In this document: piece after piece, positions 62,003-64,000 of the stretch
Numbering within the stretch: the stretch's first letter is position 1
Layout of the letters: the number at the start of each line of letters is the position of its first letter
NCBI GenBank assembly: GCA_902792295.1
Contig: CADAZC010000002.1
Location: 2,803 to 66,802 of the forward strand
Direction of reading: 5' to 3'
Length of the DNA stretch: 64,000 nt
Source of the DNA: an uncultured Eubacteriales bacterium
Lineage (GTDB): Bacteria; Bacillota; Clostridia; Christensenellales; CAG-138
Program-made: the position numbers and the translations under genes
Notes under the pieces: generated by a model
Database searches by the model: none
What the model saw: only the letters and a program-made list of their open reading frames with translations
What the model was told of the DNA's origin: nothing

Positions 62003-62032
62003 GATTTGGTTTGAGAAAGTGAGGTGGAGGAG

Positions 62033-62575
62033 ATGCGTCGAATCACGACACGACAGCTGACGTTTGCGGCAATGTTTACAGCGCTTGCGGCTTTGTTATC
62101 GATCTATCCGTTTACGTTCTATCTGCCGGATTCCAGCCGCATCACTTTCCGCGAGGTCCCGATTTATCTCTGTTCCTTTGCGCTCGGTCCCGTATGGGGC
62201 GGGCTTTGCGCATTCGTTTCCGATGTGATCGGAACGTTCATCTCAAACTCCGGAAATGCGTGGAATCCCATGTTCTCGCTTTCCGCCGTCCTGACCGGGG
62301 TGCTTCCGGGACTTCTGTTCCGCTATGTGTTCAAAAAAGAAAACCTGACGCTTGCCACAACGCTTTCGATTGTGCCGGTCAATATTGCCGTTGCGCTGTT
62401 TCTGACCACGCTGTGGTTCCAGATTCTCGGATACACGGGCGGAATGCCGTTCTGGGCATACCTGCTGATCCGGCGCTTGTGGCTGGTTGCTGTTATGACG
62501 GTGGTACAGATCACGGTGATCCGTATTCTGTATCCGGTCGTTCTGAAGGGCATTCAAGGAGGAAAAGGATCATGA
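62033..62575 (+). CDS. folT: ECF transporter S component, folate family (by context with folC)
   Basis: 180 aa from ATG 62033 (SD GGTGGAGG), with 5-6 TM segments: TRQLTFAAMFTALAALLS...FREVPIYLCSFALGPVWGGLCAFVSDVIGT. The stop overlaps the folC ATG. Confidence 0.7.
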   Translation: MRRITTRQLTFAAMFTALAALLSIYPFTFYLPDSSRITFREVPIYLCSFALGPVWGGLCAFVSDVIGTFISNSGNAWNPMFSLSAVLTGVLPGLLFRYVFKKENLTLATTLSIVPVNIAVALFLTTLWFQILGYTGGMPFWAYLLIRRLWLVAVMTVVQITVIRILYPVVLKGIQGGKGS

Positions 62576-63855
62576 CTTACGAAGAAGCGATCGCATATAT
62601 CCACGGCATGTACTGGAGAGGTTCGAAGCTGGGGCTTACCCGCACGATCGAGCTTTGCCGTCTGCTGGGCGATCCGCAGAAGAAACTGAAGTATATTCAT
62701 GTCGCCGGCACGAACGGAAAGGGCTCCACCTGCGCGATGCTGTCGAGGATTCTCTGCGCGCAGGGATACAAGACCGGCTTGTTTGTTTCGCCGTATGTCG
62801 ATCGGTTCAATGAGCGTATTCAGCTGAACAACACGCCGATTTCCGACGACGATCTCGCCGCGCTGGTCACGGAGATCGCGCCGGTCGTCGATTCGATGGA
62901 GAATCCCGCCACCGAGTTTGAAGTGATCGCGGCGGCGGCGTTCCTGTATTATGCGCGTCAGGAATGTGATTATGTTGTGCTGGAGGTCGGTCTCGGCGGC
63001 GAGCTCGATGCGACCAATGTCATCGACACGCCGCTTCTGGCGATCATCACGGCGATTGACTACGACCATATGCACATTCTCGGCAACACCATCGAAGAGA
63101 TCGCGTCCGCGAAAGCCGGAATCATCAAGGATGGCGGTACGGTTTTGTTCTACGGTCAGCATAAGGACGCGCTTCCCGTAATCAAGGCGGCATGCAAAAA
63201 GCATCATGCGCAGCTCCGTACGGTCGACCGTTCATCGCTCAAAGAAGGAAGCTACGACCTCCACGGACAGTCGTTCGACTATCGTGATTATAAGGACCTT
63301 CGGCTCGGGCTGCTCGGCAAATATCAGATGAACAACGCGGCAACAGTCATCGACGCAGTCGAACTGCTGCGCGAAAAGGGCGTTGAGATTTCCGACGAAG
63401 CGCTGCGGACCGGCTTGAAAGAAACGGTCTGGCCCGCGCGGTTTGAACTTCTGCGCGAAGATCCGCCGTTTTTTGTGGACGGCGGGCACAATCCGCACGG
63501 CGTACGCGGCACGGTCGACACGTATCAGCGGCTGTTTCCGAACCAAAAGGCAAAGATCATCATGGGGATGATGCGCGACAAGGACGTTTCGCAGTCCGTT
63601 GGATTGCTGATGCCGATCGCCAGGGAGTTCTATACGGTGACGCCGAACAATGACCGCGCCATGCCGAGCGAAGAGCTTGCGGAGCTGATCCGTTCCTGCG
63701 GCGCCGTTGCCACGCCGTTCTCCTGTGTGGCGGACGCCATCGAAACCGCGGCGCGCGGGAACGATCCGTCGCTTGCGGTCGGGTCTCTGTATATGGCGGG
63801 CGAGGTGCATGAAGCGTTCCGCACGCTGATGAAGATGGGGAGAATCGAGGAATGA
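62572..63855 (+). CDS. folC: Bifunctional folylpolyglutamate synthase / dihydrofolate synthase
   Basis: I trimmed ORF 62194..63855 to ATG 62572. The protein is 427 aa: MTYEEAIAYIH, the P-loop HVAGTNGKGST, LEVGLGGELDATNV and VDGGHNPHG. Confidence 0.92.
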   Translation: MTYEEAIAYIHGMYWRGSKLGLTRTIELCRLLGDPQKKLKYIHVAGTNGKGSTCAMLSRILCAQGYKTGLFVSPYVDRFNERIQLNNTPISDDDLAALVTEIAPVVDSMENPATEFEVIAAAAFLYYARQECDYVVLEVGLGGELDATNVIDTPLLAIITAIDYDHMHILGNTIEEIASAKAGIIKDGGTVLFYGQHKDALPVIKAACKKHHAQLRTVDRSSLKEGSYDLHGQSFDYRDYKDLRLGLLGKYQMNNAATVIDAVELLREKGVEISDEALRTGLKETVWPARFELLREDPPFFVDGGHNPHGVRGTVDTYQRLFPNQKAKIIMGMMRDKDVSQSVGLLMPIAREFYTVTPNNDRAMPSEELAELIRSCGAVATPFSCVADAIETAARGNDPSLAVGSLYMAGEVHEAFRTLMKMGRIEE

Positions 63856-64000
63856 AACTCCTCGCGCTTGACATTGACGACACCCTGGTATCGACCGGAA
63901 AACTTCCTAGCGAACGTCTGAAGCATGCGATCCGTCTTGCGGAGAAAAACGGCGTAACCGTGGTTCTCGCGACGGGCAGAGGATTCCTCGGCTCAAAGAA
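63852..64000 (+). CDS. Cof-type HAD-IIB hydrolase, N-terminal part (runs off the right edge)
   Basis: MKLLALDIDDTLVSTGKLPSERLKHAIRLAEKNGVTVVLATGRGF contains HAD motif I (DxD) and the TGR motif. The ATG overlaps the folC stop. Confidence 0.75.
   Translation, partial: MKLLALDIDDTLVSTGKLPSERLKHAIRLAEKNGVTVVLATGRGFLGSK

Noticed and set aside
61928-62032. A search for a THF riboswitch upstream of folT-folC.
   Set aside because: The promoter-like TTGCGT-17-TATAAT ends ~30 nt before the ATG, so there is not enough room for a ~90-nt THF aptamer. The upstream part is the terminator region of the preceding gene.
1-64000. A window-wide look for mobile elements, prophage genes, CRISPR-Cas, restriction-modification, toxin-antitoxin or other defence islands.
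   Set aside because: I recognised no transposase, integrase or recombinase motifs, no inverted-repeat-bounded segment, and no cas-like or RM-like ORFs. Gene content and synteny are those of the conserved chromosome core.

Overview
The window is GC-rich chromosomal core DNA from an endospore-forming Firmicute of the Clostridia type. All homology calls were made by eye from motifs and gene order, with no database search.

I can support about 75 CDS, one long-form SRP RNA, two tRNAs, several intrinsic terminators and a set of sigma-A-like promoters. The genes are tightly packed and many stop/start codons overlap. I found no transposase, integrase, phage genes, CRISPR array, toxin-antitoxin pair or recognisable defence system.

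Gene order reproduces two well-known B. subtilis blocks:
- rimO-pgsA-cinA, and prfA/prmC-ywlC(tsaC)-rpiB-upp followed by an ATPase operon. Here that operon is a complete 9-gene V-type ATPase in Enterococcus hirae ntp order, with the Na+-binding signature in the c subunit.
- spoIIIAA-AH, asp23, nusB, xseAB, ispA, dxs, tlyA, (nadK), argR, recN, spoIVB and then the spo0A slot.

Other content:
- **Sporulation and sigma genes:** spoIIE-spoIIGA-sigE, with an inverted sigG.
- **Metabolism:** sdaAB/AA, deoB-punA, cysS and folT-folC.
- **Surface and export proteins:** mntP with two tandem phosphodiester-glycosidase paralogs, and a cohesin-like surface protein.

I see no clearly novel multi-gene system. 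The observations most worth a second look are:
1. The spo0A slot holds a translationally coupled pair. The first gene is a Spo0A-like protein with a degenerate receiver and an altered recognition helix. The second is a receiver-less Spo0A_C-only paralog.
2. An operon encodes an E2/CAT-like acyltransferase whose catalytic His is replaced (DERICDG), an orphan membrane protein and a THEP1-like NTPase.
3. SpoIIIAF is only 55 aa and lacks its soluble ring-building domain.
4. The sigma-factor locus is unusual: spoIIE is fused into the spoIIG operon, spoIIGA overlaps sigE by 173 nt, and sigE and sigG converge on a shared TCATGA.
5. A ~550-bp AT-rich non-coding spacer carries SD-preceded micro-ORFs.
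6. The U32 peptidase gene is probably leaderless.
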